NCBI GenBank assembly: GCA_963817895.1
Contig: CAWFQB010000002.1
Location: forward strand, 320,001 to 384,000
Source of the DNA: an uncultured Chthonomonadaceae bacterium
GTDB lineage: Bacteria; Armatimonadota; Chthonomonadetes; Chthonomonadales; Chthonomonadaceae
DNA: 64,000 bases
Direction of reading: 5' to 3'
The position numbers were made by a program, and so were the translations under genes. The notes under the pieces are model-generated. The model was not told the DNA's origin and searched no databases. It was given only the letters and a program-made list of their open reading frames with translations. Positions 59,111 through 64,000 of this stretch are shown piece after piece (position 1 is the stretch's first letter; every line of letters begins with the position of its first letter).

Positions 59111-59205
59111 ACCCTACAAATACGCCATCGGAAGTGGTTTCTCCTTATTCATTCGCGTTCATTCGCGGCTATTTTGATTTGTATTTGGTTCGTACAGGAG
59201 CCGTC

Positions 59206-59856
59206 ATGCTGAAGCGCGCATTTATTCTTGCCAATGGCGATCCGCCATCACCCGCTCTGGCGCAACGCATTGCAGGTCAGGCCGATTTGCGGATTGTCAC
59301 GGACGGGGCTGTCCACAAAGCCGTTCATCTCGGAATCGTACCCGATATACTATGCGGGGATTTCGACTCGGTGGACTTGGAAGCCGCGCAAAGCAGCTTT
59401 CCCTCGGTTGCCGTTGTGCCGACGCCGGATCAGGAGTTTGCCGATCTGGAAAAAGCGATACTCGTGGCAAGTCAACGGGGCGCAATGGAGGCAGCCATTC
59501 TGGGCGCGTTGGGCGGGCGCATGGATCACACGTTGAGCAGTTTCGCGTTGCTAATGCGCTACGCCGGTATGCTGTCGCTGCGACTGCTCGATGACCGGGG
59601 AGCTACATGGGTCATAAAAGGCAAAGAGCGGCAATCCTTTGCGGCAAATCCGGGCGATACCGTTTCGCTGATAACCTTCACGGGCGCGGATGTCAGCATT
59701 GCGGGAGTGGGATGGCCGCTCGACCGCTTTATGCTGGACCCCGGCACACACGGCGTCAGCAATGTCGCCGCGCAGTCGCAAGTGGATGTGCGGGTTGACA
59801 TGGGCGTGGTCTTCATAACTCATTTGTCGGCTATGCCACAGGGATTTGTGGAATAA
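59206..59856 (+). CDS. thiN: Thiamine diphosphokinase
   Basis: ANG, TDGA, GDFDS, DLEKA, GALGGRMDH and GVSN. Confidence 0.93.
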   Translation: MLKRAFILANGDPPSPALAQRIAGQADLRIVTDGAVHKAVHLGIVPDILCGDFDSVDLEAAQSSFPSVAVVPTPDQEFADLEKAILVASQRGAMEAAILGALGGRMDHTLSSFALLMRYAGMLSLRLLDDRGATWVIKGKERQSFAANPGDTVSLITFTGADVSIAGVGWPLDRFMLDPGTHGVSNVAAQSQVDVRVDMGVVFITHLSAMPQGFVE

Positions 59857-59919
59857 AGCAGGATTGACAGCTTCAACGGCAAATCTACTTTGAAATTTCA
59901 TTACTGGACACATTCTTGC

Positions 59920-60051
59920 CAGGGGTTGAAAACCCCTGTCTACATAGCCTGCGGCCAAGCGTCCTACGGACGCGGAACTCTGTTAAACATGAATTCGCGT
60001 CCGAAGGACGCTTGGCGGAACGCCACTCAGACGGGTATTTTCAATACCCGG
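59920..60051. repeat. Inverted pair of a ~55-nt REP-like unit (GCGTCCGAAGGACGCTTGGC...AGACGGGTA...TACCCGG)
   Basis: Arms at 59954-59974 and 59996-60016; the same unit lies inside the MITE at ~55856-55912. Confidence 0.7.
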
Positions 60052-60165
60052 AAAACATGTCCGGTAGTAAATTCCAAAACTCTCTTTTGCCTGTCCGATA
60101 CCTTCCGCAGTTTCCGCCCTGAATGTAGTGACATAAGTAGAAACCATTCAGGAGGACACCGGAAA

Positions 60166-62304
<2,139 letters not shown>

Positions 62305-62761
62305 ACGACGCGGCGATGAGGAACAAAGCCGTCGGCCAGGAACAACTTGCGTTGTTGTAATGAAGCAGACCTATGGAACCGTCGAACGCTGGTCAGCCAT
62401 GCTGTTCAGTGGCTGAAATTGTGCGTGGAAGAACGGGCGCGTGATTGTCGGAATGGGTTTTTATTGCCGCTGTGCAATAGTCTGTGTCACGTCGCCAAAC
62501 CGCCAATTCACCGCATACGGCTGGTCTGGCGCGGTAACTCGCCCTTGCGCTGGAATTCCAACTGGAGCCGACATTCTATCCACAGCCATTGCGCCGAGCT
62601 GGCAGGAGGTCGGTAAATTGGGCGCGGTTGCTGTCATTCGCACGGGTTGAACTACTTTCTTTCCATGGAAATGAAAGAAGAGCAGTCAACCCGCGCGAAT
62701 GAAGAAACGGTCAACAGGATGCGGAAAAGGATAGCCGAACAGATGTAGGATAACATGAAGT

Positions 62762-63398
62762 TCAATCGGGAAGCGCAGTTTGTCCGATTTTACGCTTCAC
62801 GCGCTGAAGAGCGTTGTCTACGGCTTTGGTCTGACAGCACAATTCAGAAGACATTTCGCGGTACGATTTGCCCTGTAGATAGCAGTCCAGAACCTGTATT
62901 TCGAGGGGAGAAAGCGTGGCGCGAATGGCGTCCAACCGTCCGCCGTTTTCGCGGGGCGTAACGAGGCATTGCTGCGGATCGGGCGCGCGGCGGTCGGCCA
63001 GGGATTCGAGCAGAACGTTTTCGCCCTCCCCATCCGCGCCGAGACGTCTGGTTCAGCGACACGCAGGTGGTGAGCATGGCGTGTTTCTGGCGCGTGGCGG
63101 TTTTCACGGCGGAAATAATCTGGCGAGTCACGCACAAATCGGCAAAGGCGCGAAAACGGGCCAGCCGTTCCGCCCGGAAATCGCGAATGGCCTTGTACAG
63201 CCCGATCATGCCCTCCTGAACAACATCATCATGGTCCGCGCCCATCAGGAAGTAGGCGCGGGCTTTGCTTTCCACGAGGGGACGGTAGCGGGCCAGCAGC
63301 AGTTCCGTGGCGTGACGGCTGCCGACGCTTGCGCGGCCCGCGAGTTCTTCATCGCTGGGCAGAGCAAAATGGGACGAGTGGGAACATGCCATGACCAT
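62762..63398 (-). CDS. sigH: SigH (Spo0H)-like RNA polymerase sigma factor, frameshift near 63040
   Basis: YFLMGADHDDVVQEGMIGLYKAIRDF, RQIISAVKTATRQKH; the third frame gives GKSYREM...KAVDNALQRVKRK. Confidence 0.88.
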
Positions 63399-63671
63399 CG
63401 GCGGAGCCTTTCCCTGAACGCGCCGACAGGCGAGGCCGGACGCGCATACAGCGCTGAATCTCCCGCGCGGGAGTGTCGAAGTGGGAACTGAAACGCTCGA
63501 ACGGGCGAACGTTGGGCAACAGGGTCAAAGAACGATTTGCGAACGATTTGAATAATAGCGCAAACTGACGGAAGTAACAGGGCGTATGTTGCAATGAAAT
63601 AGCAAACATACAATCACAGTGTAGAGCAACCTTGCAATTCTGTCAAGAGGGTAGGCAAATCTTTTTTTGGT

Positions 63672-64000
63672 CTATTTCTCCCAACGATCTAGTCCAAGCA
63701 GTTTACGTCCAAGCGGGGTTAGTTCCGCCGTTGCGCCGAAACGCTCTTCTTGTTTGCGCGGGTCGCCGGGGAAAACGGAACCGCCGGGAGGAAGGCGATT
63801 CTGCCAGCAGAAGGCGCGGATTTCGCGTGCCTCGTCGCTGAGATGTTCGGCGGGAAACATGGTGATATATTGCGAATAGCGGGGACGATTCGAGGTGTTG
63901 TGACCGTTGCCGTGCGCCAGAATGTTGTTCCAGATAATCAGGTCGCCGGTTCGGGCGGGAATGGGCGTCACTCTCATGCCTTCGGGCAGGCGGGACAGGT
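63672..64000 (-). CDS. Phytanoyl-CoA dioxygenase family protein (3' part)
   Basis: GDLIIW...LAHGNG.N.S..PR. Confidence 0.8.
   Translation of the reverse strand, partial: LSRLPEGMRVTPIPARTGDLIIWNNILAHGNGHNTSNRPRYSQYITMFPAEHLSDEAREIRAFCWQNRLPPGGSVFPGDPRKQEERFGATAELTPLGRKLLGLDRWEK

Noticed and set aside
58663..59205. Long N-terminal extension of thiN
   Set aside because: Overlaps two minus-strand genes; the RBS-supported start is 59206
59890..60165. N-terminal extension of ligA
   Set aside because: Runs through a REP-like repeat; the AGGAGG RBS supports 60166
62317..62750. Possible gene downstream of ligA
   Set aside because: Only short broken frames with no recognisable motif

Overview
GC-rich (~58%) bacterial chromosomal window. 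PEP-CTERM, DUF1559 prepilin-like, Uma2, a GntR-LacI regulator and a SigH-like sigma factor together suggest Armatimonadota (inference). Housekeeping and metabolic genes: transaldolase, NAD-IDH, gluconokinase, an Rrf2-sufBCDSU-sufT-iscA operon, a Tat-exported xanthine-dehydrogenase-family (PaoABC-like) operon, xfp-ackA, a DyP peroxidase, thiN, ligA and sigH. Accessory elements: (1) an XRE repressor plus an ImmA/IrrE-like protein with a non-canonical HExxE motif behind back-to-back promoters; (2) an orphan class 1 CRISPR array (7 full repeats plus 1 truncated) running into a PEP-CTERM gene; (3) a low-GC DUF4238 + HEPN islet with a strong promoter over a small structured non-coding region; (4) a HEPN two-gene cassette inside the suf operon; (5) a complete IS630 element and a 102-bp MITE; (6) a cyclase-NB-ARC-TPR gene followed by a signal-peptide-bearing TPR-CHAT protease with 12 codon-diversified RPFEAPS repeats, the best candidate for an undescribed system. 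Short 7-9-nt tandem repeats form hairpins that fill intercistronic gaps and also sit in-frame inside genes. About a dozen frameshifts, including in essential ligA and in sufB, point to indel errors in the assembly, so split genes are treated as probably intact. All family assignments are by motif recognition, not database searches.
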